From positions 1 through 64,000 of IMG/VR virus record IMGVR_UViG_3300032265_002598: DNA of 64,000 nucleotides. One strand, written 5' to 3'. The notes beneath the pieces were generated by a model, which had not been told where the DNA came from, searched no databases, and saw only the letters and a list, made by a program, of their open reading frames with translations. Shown in pieces: positions 27,305 to 35,052 of the stretch (position 1 is its first letter; each line of letters starts with the position of its first letter). The translations under genes and the position numbers were made by a program. This stretch comes from a virus (lineage: Duplodnaviria; Caudoviricetes).

Positions 27305-27333
27305 ATTGTACACTACTATTATCGGCCTGTCAA
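27305..27333 (-). promoter_or_regulatory. sigma70-type early promoter
   Basis: TTGACA-GGCCGATAATAGTAGTG-TACAAT. Confidence 0.88.
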
Positions 27334-27364
27334 GAGGAAAAACTTGAGCAAAAAAAGATTGTCG

Positions 27365-27442
27365 TAAAGTGTTGGTACATAAAGACTTACGACGCGTCGG
27401 GCGGGCCGACCTCGCCCTAAGTCCTTTGGTGTCAAAGGGTTA
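27365..27442. repeat. family A element, copy 8
   Basis: Two 25-bp boxes, 53-bp spacing. Confidence 0.9.
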
Positions 27443-27478
27443 GGGGTTGGTCAGTTAGTATGCAGAAGCTGCTGCTTT

Positions 27479-27883
27479 TTAGAGCAGGCTAGCAACCCCG
27501 CTCTTGAACAGAACCTTAGCAAGCAAAGGCTTTCGGCAGTTACTCACACGCTCTGCATAAAAGTTGCGAACTTTCCCGTCCGCAGTTCTACACGTTACCA
27601 GATTAGCGGTACGAATGAACTCAGGATCACTAGCACGATAACGACTCTTACGATTGAGTCTCGCAATCTGGTCAGCGGTCAACGTCTGCTTACCGATCAC
27701 CTTAGCAAGAAAACGCTCATGCGTTCCATGCAGTGGCTGCTGGTAAACAAAATTGAAAACCTGACCCTCTTGGGCATTCGCCAAGTTGGCCTTACTTCCA
27801 CCGTAAACGGAATAGAAGACAAAAGCCGAAATGGCACAAACAACAGCAAAACCAATACCAGTCAACGTCACAATATCACTCAT
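27479..27883 (-). CDS. membrane-anchored hypothetical protein
   Basis: Start MSDIV after AAGGG; N-terminal TM helix. Confidence 0.7.
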   Translation of the reverse strand: MSDIVTLTGIGFAVVCAISAFVFYSVYGGSKANLANAQEGQVFNFVYQQPLHGTHERFLAKVIGKQTLTADQIARLNRKSRYRASDPEFIRTANLVTCRTADGKVRNFYAERVSNCRKPLLAKVLFKSGVASLL

Positions 27884-27928
27884 AAGAAACCCTTTCAAAT
27901 TGAAAAACCAATCTACATCCATGCCACA

Positions 27929-27957
27929 AGTCTACACTAATTATCGACATTTGTCAA
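27929..27957 (-). promoter_or_regulatory. sigma70-type early promoter
   Basis: TTGACA-AATGTCGATAATTAGTG-TAGACT. Confidence 0.85.
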
Positions 27958-28202
27958 GAGGGAACTTTAGAAAAATTTTCTTCCCAGTATTCTACCATTT
28001 CAGCCATGTTGATACCGCTATCATTCCATGCTACCATATCTGCGGTTTCCAGACAGCCATCTTCCCGCATACCCTGTACGAATTCAGCATAATCAGAACA
28101 ACCCTTAGCAAAGTTATTCAAGCCCTCATCATTGCTAATCCACAAACAAACATTCCACGTTTGATAGTTTGCGTAACCGTTATAGCTTCCGTCGGGACTC
28201 AT
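27954..28202 (-). CDS. conserved phage protein (YNGY-NY-TWNV-LW family)
   Basis: YNGYANYQTWNVCLWISNDEGL motif. Confidence 0.75.
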   Translation of the reverse strand: MSPDGSYNGYANYQTWNVCLWISNDEGLNNFAKGCSDYAEFVQGMREDGCLETADMVAWNDSGINMAEMVEYWEENFSKVPS

Positions 28203-28232
28203 GTCTTCACCCTTGCCTTTCTTCTATATCGT

Positions 28233-28261
28233 ATTCTACTATCTATTATCGTCTATTGCAA
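28233..28261 (-). promoter_or_regulatory. sigma70-type early promoter
   Basis: TTGCAA-TAGACGATAATAGATAG-TAGAAT. Confidence 0.8.
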
Positions 28262-28300
28262 GGGGTAAACTTGAATCTTAAGAGATTGTAAGGATCGACG

Positions 28301-28378
28301 TAAAGTATTGTGGAATAAGGACTTACAGCTCGGCCGGCGGCTCGCCCTTGCTCTAAGTTGTTTAGAGTCAAGGACTTA
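28301..28378. repeat. family A element, copy 9
   Basis: Two 25-bp boxes, 53-bp spacing. Confidence 0.9.
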
Positions 28379-28380
28379 TG

Positions 28381-28917
28381 TCAAACTTTACAAACTTGAC
28401 GCTTTTTTGATCGGTCTAATTTTTTGAAGTCTGTACCCGGCAGTTTATTTAGGTCTGTTGTTGTAATATGAATTGAACAAACATCTTCATACTTATTACT
28501 AACAAACTCCATAGCAGTAGCTTTACTCATCCATTTTGTAACTACGCCTGTTGGTGTTACATAACTAAGAACAAGGATATCAAATTTCTCTAATTGAATA
28601 TGCTTGAATTTGAAAGAGTAAGAAATAATCTTTTTGCTATTAGCTCCCACCCTTGGACTTGCAAGAGATGATTTTACTTCAACCCGTGTTCTTTTATTAA
28701 TTGTAATATCGTGTGAGTGACTTCCCCCATGGTAATTACCCATATGTTTCTTCAACAATTCATCTCTAACCATCTTTTCGATAGCATGACCACGAAATTG
28801 GCTGTTCATTTTAGACAGACGATAAGCTATCTCACTTTTTGAGATATAAAAGATATTAGGCTTATTCAATCCCTTAAGCTCTGGCATAACGCGATTCAAA
28901 TGACGCATTGTGAACAT
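28381..28917 (-). CDS. PD-(D/E)XK endonuclease-like protein
   Basis: GHAIE ... HDITINKRTRVEVKSS catalytic pattern; AGGAGG RBS. Confidence 0.65.
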   Translation of the reverse strand: MFTMRHLNRVMPELKGLNKPNIFYISKSEIAYRLSKMNSQFRGHAIEKMVRDELLKKHMGNYHGGSHSHDITINKRTRVEVKSSLASPRVGANSKKIISYSFKFKHIQLEKFDILVLSYVTPTGVVTKWMSKATAMEFVSNKYEDVCSIHITTTDLNKLPGTDFKKLDRSKKRQVCKV

Positions 28918-28998
28918 AACCTTCCTCCTTTGGTTGTGTCATTCTACAGGAGTATCGGTTGTTGTCAATAGATTTAGTGACAAATTTTTCTTTTGTCA

Positions 28999-29076
28999 TA
29001 AGTCTATATGAGATAAGAACTTACGTCAAATCCGGCCCGCCCCGTCGGCCCTAAGTGCTTGAACACAAAGGGTTTA
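28999..29076. repeat. family A element, copy 10
   Basis: Two 25-bp boxes, 53-bp spacing. Confidence 0.9.
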
Positions 29077-29094
29077 CGACGAGAGATTATTTTT

Positions 29095-29325
29095 TTACTC
29101 AAAATCAACAAAGATGATTTGAGCATAACCGCGAGGCTTGACGGTATATCCGTCACCGTAATCGCATGTATCGGCCTTGACCGCAGTCATACCAGCCAGA
29201 GCCTTAGCCTTACGAACAACGCTACGCTGGCTAGCATTTTTCTTGGGAATAAACTCATAACGATTCACCCAACCATAGTTAGCTTCGCCACCAAACGTAT
29301 CCGTATGAGTCACAACGCACTTCAT
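29095..29325 (-). CDS. conserved phage protein
   Basis: TDTFGGEANYGWVNR motif. Confidence 0.75.
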   Translation of the reverse strand: MKCVVTHTDTFGGEANYGWVNRYEFIPKKNASQRSVVRKAKALAGMTAVKADTCDYGDGYTVKPRGYAQIIFVDFE

Positions 29326-29463
29326 TTTGCCAATTCCTTTGCTTTCATGGTTTCAAAATACAACTGTTCCAACAGCTTAACTTTACTTACTGCACGACCA
29401 GCTTCACGATTCATGAGTATAACAGCTTTCTGATGTGCTGTCAATGGTTTCTTTTTCATCTTA

Positions 29464-29739
29464 TTAATCCTCGTATGGGCCATCTTCATTGTAGTCTACA
29501 AATCCCACAGCCTCATCGGCATGGAAATCCTCTTGGTAATCCTCTTGATAATCTAAATCTTCCCCATAGAAACCGTAGTCCTCATCGGTTCCCCATCCAG
29601 CGGAAGCCAACGCAGACTCAGCATCACCATCCATACTATCATCAAACGAATCATCATCAACCTCATGGTCAGAATAGTCAGAAGCCATGCACTCACCGTA
29701 GAAATCTTCAACATCGTCGTATTCGTAGCTCATGGTCAA
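29464..29739 (-). CDS. hyper-acidic small protein
   Basis: D/E-rich with no K/R; DGDAESALASAGWGTDEDYG. Confidence 0.8.
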   Translation of the reverse strand: MTMSYEYDDVEDFYGECMASDYSDHEVDDDSFDDSMDGDAESALASAGWGTDEDYGFYGEDLDYQEDYQEDFHADEAVGFVDYNEDGPYED

Positions 29740-29799
29740 TCCTTCACAATGGTAGTAATGTAGAGCAGGCCAACATAGGACGCAACGAAAGCAATCGCA

Positions 29800-29973
29800 C
29801 TAAGCATCAATATACTCCTCTGGAACGAAATCGTCAACAGCACCCACCACTTCTGCCCAATCCCAAAAATTCACTTCCACACTAGGATCGTCGATAGGCT
29901 CGACCATCGGCTCAACAATCCCCTTTTCGGCCATGTCGTTCAGAATGTCATTGATCTCGTCGAAGTTCAGCAT
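29800..29973 (-). CDS. acidic small protein
   Basis: Start MLNFD; D/E-rich. Confidence 0.65.
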   Translation of the reverse strand: MLNFDEINDILNDMAEKGIVEPMVEPIDDPSVEVNFWDWAEVVGAVDDFVPEEYIDA

Positions 29974-30058
29974 GATTCTGTTTCCTATGGGTTTCCTTGT
30001 GATGCTTCGATTATACACTTATCATCGATATATTGCAAGCCCCACATAAAATTTCTTT

Positions 30059-30076
30059 CCTTACATTTTCGTAAGG
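30059..30076. promoter_or_regulatory. family C palindrome CCTTAC-N6-GTAAGG
   Basis: Also at 30937, 31626, 31950, 32763, 33214, 34372. Confidence 0.75.
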
Positions 30077-30092
30077 TTCGCCGGCTATCGTT

Positions 30093-30108
30093 TGGCACGG
30101 CATTTGCT
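30093..30108 (+). promoter_or_regulatory. sigma54 (-24/-12) consensus site
   Basis: TGGCAC-GGCAT-TTGCT, GG-N10-GC. Confidence 0.7.
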
Positions 30109-30122
30109 GTTGGGAGTTTTCA

Positions 30123-30200
30123 TAAAGTGTTGCAGGATAAGCGCTTATGGCTCGCTGGGCCGGCCGAACTCGACGTAAGTCCTTATGAGTTAAGGAGATA
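30123..30200. repeat. family A element, copy 11
   Basis: Two 25-bp boxes, 53-bp spacing. Confidence 0.85.
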
Positions 30201-30576
30201 CGTCAAGCCACACCCAAGAACAAAAGCTGTACCTAATAGAATATAATCACTAATTTTCATCATTTTCCTCCATATGCATGATATGTGACATAGTAGCAGA
30301 GAGTAAGATACCGACAATATAACCAAAAGCAACGCTAATAAAATCAAATTGATACATCCCTGTATCTCCAGTGTTATTGGGTCAATCCCCATATCCCACC
30401 CAAAACTCATCACCATTTTCATCTTTCATAAGAGTAAAGCCCCTAGACTTCATCCTCTCATATTCACCAAATCTCTGCCAGACTTCACAGATAGTTTCCA
30501 TACCACTGAGCATCATCCCCATAACCCACACAAACGGATATTGAATCATTCTCATAACTTTCTCCTATTCTGCACC

Positions 30577-30605
30577 ATTCTACACTATTATAATCGGCTT
30601 GTCAA
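30577..30605 (-). promoter_or_regulatory. sigma70-type early promoter
   Basis: TTGACA-AGCCGATTATAATAGTG-TAGAAT. Confidence 0.85.
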
Positions 30606-30620
30606 GGGCCCCGACTTTAG

Positions 30621-30665
30621 GCTGACTATACCCACCCAGCCCGAATCCGTAGGATTAGCTCGGAC
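30621..30665 (-). repeat. 45-bp repeat family B, copy 6
   Basis: gctgactatacccacccagcccgaatccgtaggattagctcggac. Confidence 0.85.
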
Positions 30666-30677
30666 AGTTATCTGTCC

Positions 30678-30857
30678 TTATTTGACAGACTCCATGTGTT
30701 CAAACGTGATGCACTTGTCCAGATAGATTGACCGATACCCCTGTTCGGCCTTGACCGTCAGGAGAACACGATCCCCAAACCCTCGCACGTTGACAACTTC
30801 ACCATTGACGATTTCACCATTGTCATATTCCGCAAAAACAAAGTCACCGATTTTCAT
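30678..30857 (-). CDS. small beta-rich protein (59 aa), paralog of 34112..34300
   Basis: Not in track; MKIGDFVFAEYDNGEIVNGEVV...GYRSIYLDKC. Confidence 0.75.
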   Translation of the reverse strand: MKIGDFVFAEYDNGEIVNGEVVNVRGFGDRVLLTVKAEQGYRSIYLDKCITFEHMESVK

Positions 30858-30969
30858 TGTTCTACCCTTTTCCTTTTCTCTTACTTGTTATATCGACATT
30901 ATACCAAAGGATATTTAGCTTGCAAGCGAAAAGTTTCCTTACAATTCCGTAAGGTTCGCGGAGAAAGTT

Positions 30970-30985
30970 TGGCACACCATTTGCT
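30970..30985 (+). promoter_or_regulatory. sigma54 consensus site
   Basis: TGGCAC-ACCAT-TTGCT. Confidence 0.7.
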
Positions 30986-30999
30986 ATAGAGACTCGACG

Positions 31000-31077
31000 T
31001 AAAGTGTTGGCACATAAGCACTTAGAGCAAATTCGGCCCGCAAAATTCGTCGTAAGTGCTTTAGCAGCAAGGGTTTA
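31000..31077. repeat. family A element, copy 12
   Basis: Two 25-bp boxes, 53-bp spacing. Confidence 0.9.
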
Positions 31078-31220
31078 CGACAAGTTTTTGAGTCTGCGCC
31101 TGTACACCCGTTTACCATCCACCCAAATGGGTAGGTATAGCCTAGGGTACAACTGAACATATGTATTCTTTACTAGACGCTCAGTCTCTAGTGTAACATC
31201 GTACACTAGTGTACAGTTGT

Positions 31221-31547
31221 TCATTCTGTATCCTTGAAGTTGAACGGACTGATTTCCAAATGCTCAACAACACCATATTGCTTTGCGAGTTCTTCAACAC
31301 GTTCACGCGAACCCGGCTTACCAACTGGAACGATCATAGTATCCTCACCACCAGAGTACCGCGGATCGACCTTTTCCTTTTTAGATTTGCCAAGATTCTT
31401 CAAGGCTGTCCGATTGAACTTCAGAACCTTTTCCACTTGGATCATCTCACCGTCAATGTCTTTCACTTCAGTCGGAATCGCCATACCAAGAAAGCACAGA
31501 CGGGCTTGACGCTTGGCAGCTTGAATGATCGGGAACTTGGTAGCCAT
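31221..31547 (-). CDS. hypothetical protein
   Basis: GAGGA RBS; follows promoter near 31587. Confidence 0.75.
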   Translation of the reverse strand: MATKFPIIQAAKRQARLCFLGMAIPTEVKDIDGEMIQVEKVLKFNRTALKNLGKSKKEKVDPRYSGGEDTMIVPVGKPGSRERVEELAKQYGVVEHLEISPFNFKDTE

Positions 31548-31654
31548 GTTTCTTATCCTCTAGGGTTATCGTTCTCTTGTGAGTGTATTATACCAAACTG
31601 ATTTTCAATGTCCAGCAAAATCTTTCCTTACATTTTCGTAAGGTTTCTCGTCTC

Positions 31655-31879
31655 TCACACAGGAGTCGGATTCGACCGGTAGTATTTTGCCCACAGATCA
31701 TCGATCACGAACTGGACAACGCGATCATGTGAACCACGGCAGACATAGTAGCCCATGTGGATATCGAACAGAGCAAACGATCCATCCTCTTTCGGATGAA
31801 ACGTAAACCCACACTTGTAGGCGTAGGCGTTGATCTTACCCTTGACAGTCGAACTTTTCGGAGGCTTTCTCATTTTCAT
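31655..31879 (-). CDS. hypothetical protein
   Basis: AAGGA RBS; follows promoter near 31911. Confidence 0.7.
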   Translation of the reverse strand: MKMRKPPKSSTVKGKINAYAYKCGFTFHPKEDGSFALFDIHMGYYVCRGSHDRVVQFVIDDLWAKYYRSNPTPV

Positions 31880-31981
31880 TCCTTCTTTCTTCTCTTGTTC
31901 TTATATCGACATTATACCATATCCTCTTTAGGTTACAAGCAAAATCTTTCCTTACAAAGCTGTAAGGTTCGCCCGCCATAT

Positions 31982-32040
31982 TGGCACAGCATTTGCTATG
32001 TGCAATTATCATGCCAAACTTTTTTGGCACAGCATTTGCG
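31982..32040. promoter_or_regulatory. triple sigma54 site cluster (+,-,+)
   Basis: TGGCAC-AGCAT-TTGCT (+31982), TGGCAT-GATAA-TTGCA (-32016), TGGCAC-AGCAT-TTGCG (+32025). Confidence 0.75.
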
Positions 32041-32053
32041 TTGCCACTTGACG

Positions 32054-32131
32054 TAAAGTGTTGGTACATAAGCACTTATGGCAAATTCGGCCCCGAAAAT
32101 TCGTCGTAAGTCCTTTGGTGTCAAGGGTTTA
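32054..32131. repeat. family A element, copy 13
   Basis: Two 25-bp boxes, 53-bp spacing. Confidence 0.9.
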
Positions 32132-32157
32132 CGTCGAATCTTTTGTACACTACTATA

Positions 32158-32475
32158 CTACTGTATAGTCATCCCCTCAATATAGGGGAATACCTTACCA
32201 TTTGTGTGTACGTTCCACTCTCCCTTAGTTTGTCGAACATATCCCGGTATATACTTATTCATTCGATCCTTAGTCGTTGGACTATACCATCCCCCATTTC
32301 GCAGGGTATAGGTATTATCCTCATGGATTGTCACGACATAGGTACTGTGTAGCATGATCCCTACGCTACCATTCGGCAGAATTTCAGCATAGGTGTTGTT
32401 GCCTACCTTGCGGGATTGCCGGCCTGTCTTACCATGTACCATCTTTACTGCTTCGGCGTGTGTCATTTTGTTCAC
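32158..32475 (-). CDS. conserved phage protein
   Basis: RKVGNNTY...LHST.VV...LRNGGWYSPTTKDRMN motif. Confidence 0.75.
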   Translation of the reverse strand: MNKMTHAEAVKMVHGKTGRQSRKVGNNTYAEILPNGSVGIMLHSTYVVTIHEDNTYTLRNGGWYSPTTKDRMNKYIPGYVRQTKGEWNVHTNGKVFPYIEGMTIQ

Positions 32476-33232
32476 CAGCTTTCGCTGATCATCCCTAGTA
32501 ATTGTTGAAGAAACTGTAAAATCTCTTTAATGTTATAAGTAGCATAATCTACATAACCATCGGGCAGATACCTAGACATAATTCCCTCAGTCGTTGTCGT
32601 GAAGAATGGAATGGATAGCGTCGGCAACTTGACCCGCAGTGTAACTAATAAAACCACAGAAGCATAGAAGGCCGGCCAATACGATATAATCTACAAATGT
32701 CAACATATTTTTTCTTTTCTATTGTTTTCCTATTATACTCTATCGTTTGCCGGCCTGTCAATCCTTACAATATTGCAAGGCATCCTGCATATTAGCTAAT
32801 TCGGCTTTGAGTTGTTCTAAGCTATACATTTCACGACCGGGCCAATAATCCCCGATCATGTCTTTCAGATTGAAGATATAGATTTCAACTTCTTTTTTTG
32901 TCATATTCTGTATAGCGTAACTTTTTTTCATTTCTTTTCTCTTTTCTTTTCTCTATTATACTCTATCGGCTATTCTGTTATCAACCCTTAGAGATCCCAA
33001 ATATTTTTTGAAGTATAGGGGAGCAAATCATCAATCGGGAAGCCCGTAGCTTCTGCAACAATCTTTCGGGCTGTAATCCAGTCAGCCGCTTTTGCTTGAC
33101 CGATAAACTTGTGATCGCCATAGCTGAAGAAGTAAAACGTTTTCATTTTCTTTTTTCCTTTTCTCTTGTTTCTCTATTATACAGTATCGGTTATTGTCTT
33201 GTCAACTCTTGAACCTTGCAATGTCGTAAGGT

Positions 33233-33481
33233 TCAGGCAAAATCCTCTTCACCAAAGAAATCATCGAGCCATTGATCGTCAGTCTCGATATGATCCTCAG
33301 CATCCCCCATAATGGGGTCCCAACCTTCGCCATCGTCAAGGCCGGGAATGTAGTCGGCTTCCATGCTATCGTCTGCAATGATCGTGCAATGCTCACCACA
33401 CTGCGAGCAAATCTCATGATCCACATTGCTTTCAGCATTGCAGCAATCGGAAACGTATAAGGTATTCTTTTCCATTTTCAT
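33233..33481 (-). CDS. zinc-finger + hyper-acidic tail protein
   Basis: SDCCNA...ICSQCGEHC followed by a D/E-rich tail. Confidence 0.75.
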   Translation of the reverse strand: MKMEKNTLYVSDCCNAESNVDHEICSQCGEHCTIIADDSMEADYIPGLDDGEGWDPIMGDAEDHIETDDQWLDDFFGEEDFA

Positions 33482-33613
33482 TTTCTCTTTTCTTTCTTGT
33501 TCTCTTTTCTCTTATATCGACATTATACAGTAGATTCTGAAACATTCAAGCAAAATCCAAAAAGATTTATGTCAAGAGATTTTGACAAAACTTTTCATCA
33601 TTTTCTATACGAT

Positions 33614-33672
33614 TGGCATACCATTTGCCCTATGCAATTATCGTGCCAAACTTTTTTGGCATGAAATTTGCT
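33614..33672. promoter_or_regulatory. triple sigma54 site cluster (+,-,+)
   Basis: TGGCAT-ACCAT-TTGCC (+), TGGCACG-ATAA-TTGCA (-, perfect consensus), TGGCAT-GAAAT-TTGCT (+). Confidence 0.75.
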
Positions 33673-33711
33673 GTGTGTTAAGATAGGTAAGATTGGGCCA
33701 AAAACGTGTCG

Positions 33712-33789
33712 TAAGTCATTGCAGCATAAGCACTTACGACGAGCCGGCCGCCGCGAATTTGACGTAAGTCCTTTATCCATAAGGGTTTG
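33712..33789. repeat. family A element, copy 14
   Basis: Two 25-bp boxes, 53-bp spacing. Confidence 0.9.
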
Positions 33790-34111
33790 CGTCAAGCCGG
33801 CCAGTATACAAGCGTATACCCTACAGGATAGCGTATAGCTCACCTAGTAGAGTACATGCCCTATATGCTAGAACAGTTAGCAGTATACAGGCGATCAGGT
33901 CTACAATTATCATACACACGCCTCTTCTTTAGCTTGGAGAGATTCAACAAGAGCCCAACATTCATTGAACGTGATATGTCGGGCGATTACCACCCCACCA
34001 TACCACACTTCATATCGATCCCCTGTACGATTGGAAGTATTCCAGTAGATCATTTTCTTTTGCATGGCTTGTATCCTCTTTTCCGTATTGTATACGTTGT
34101 CCGTTTAGGTG

Positions 34112-34300
34112 TCAAGCGGTAGCCAAATAATTGCAAGAAACACACTTGTCGAGATACATTGAACGATATCCAACATTCTCGATTTTCAACGTGAACAACA
34201 GGCGATATCCTTCCATATACTTGACGCTCACGATTTCCCCAACAAACTTTTCACCCGTAGCATATTCGACCGAGACGTTGTATCCGATTTCCATTTTCAT
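34112..34300 (-). CDS. small beta-rich protein, paralog of 30678..30857
   Basis: GYRSMYLDKC shared motif. Confidence 0.75.
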   Translation of the reverse strand: MKMEIGYNVSVEYATGEKFVGEIVSVKYMEGYRLLFTLKIENVGYRSMYLDKCVSCNYLATA

Positions 34301-34399
34301 TTCCTTTTCTTTATCGTTCGTTTCTTGTTTCTGTATTATACATATCGTCTTTTGAGTGTCAACAGCTTGAACCTTACAATATCGTAAGGTTCGCCGGCC

Positions 34400-34633
34400 T
34401 TACGGAAGATAGGCTTCATCTACAACATAACCCATTTCGTCAATTTCAATCCATCCACCATCGTCAAGAAATCCGATTTCTCCGTCAATGCAGATTTGGT
34501 TGTATCCACTCTCACGAACCTTTTCTAGCAGATCGCCAGCAAATGCAACCTGATTCACCAGAGTATCCATTGAACCTCTGTTGAGCAGTTCAGTCAGTTC
34601 AGCCACAGTATTCAGTACGATCATGTTTTTCAT
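34400..34633 (-). CDS. hypothetical protein
   Basis: Start MKNMIV after AAGGA; downstream of promoter near 34668. Confidence 0.7.
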   Translation of the reverse strand: MKNMIVLNTVAELTELLNRGSMDTLVNQVAFAGDLLEKVRESGYNQICIDGEIGFLDDGGWIEIDEMGYVVDEAYLP

Positions 34634-34718
34634 TTTCTTATCCTTTTCTTTTTTCTCTTGTGCTTTCATTATACAGTATTTATCGACCATTTCAATAGAA
34701 AAAATAAAAAATTCCAAA

Positions 34719-34767
34719 ATATAATTTCATGCCAAATAATTTTTTTCTTTTTGGCATACCACTTGCG
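34719..34767. promoter_or_regulatory. sigma54 sites (degenerate -, good +)
   Basis: TGGCAT-GAAAT-TATAT (-), TGGCAT-ACCAC-TTGCG (+34752). Confidence 0.6.
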
Positions 34768-34780
34768 TTAAAACTTGACG

Positions 34781-34858
34781 TAAACCATTGGCACATAAGC
34801 ACTTAGGACGAATTTTCGGGATAGAGATCTTCATAAGTCCTTTGTTTATATACCTTTA
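34781..34858. repeat. family A element, copy 15 (degenerate right box)
   Basis: TAA starts 53 bp apart. Confidence 0.8.
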
Positions 34859-34990
34859 CAGAAGAAGGGGGTTTTTTCATTCTCCCCAGATAAGAGCGAA
34901 AACTCTTGAAAAAGGCCGGGTGGTCCAAAAATAGTAGGCACCACCATATATAATTGGCCAGTTTATTAGCCAGTATTCCCCACCTTTAAT

Positions 34991-35030
34991 AAAAAAGCCC
35001 CTGGCATTCATTTCTACCAGAGGCTTTCTT
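34991..35030 (-). terminator. intrinsic terminator
   Basis: AAAGCCTCTGG...CCAGGGGCTTT-TTT. Confidence 0.8.
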
Positions 35031-35052
35031 AATCAAGCTTACCAGAAACTTT

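Noticed and set aside
26246-27347. + strand ORFs in the early array (26246, 26604, 26629, 26948, 27129)
   Set aside because: Antisense to genes or ncRNA that have clear promoters and RBS; no RBS or motifs of their own.
17829-34858. Family A repeats as a CRISPR array or as intrinsic terminators
   Set aside because: Copies are degenerate and 0.7-2.2 kb apart with genes between them, and no cas genes are present. Inner positions break base-pairing and there is no U-tract.
17829-34858. Classical integron
   Set aside because: No integrase in the window, no attC GTTRRRY/RYYYAAC cores noticed, and cassettes carry their own promoters.
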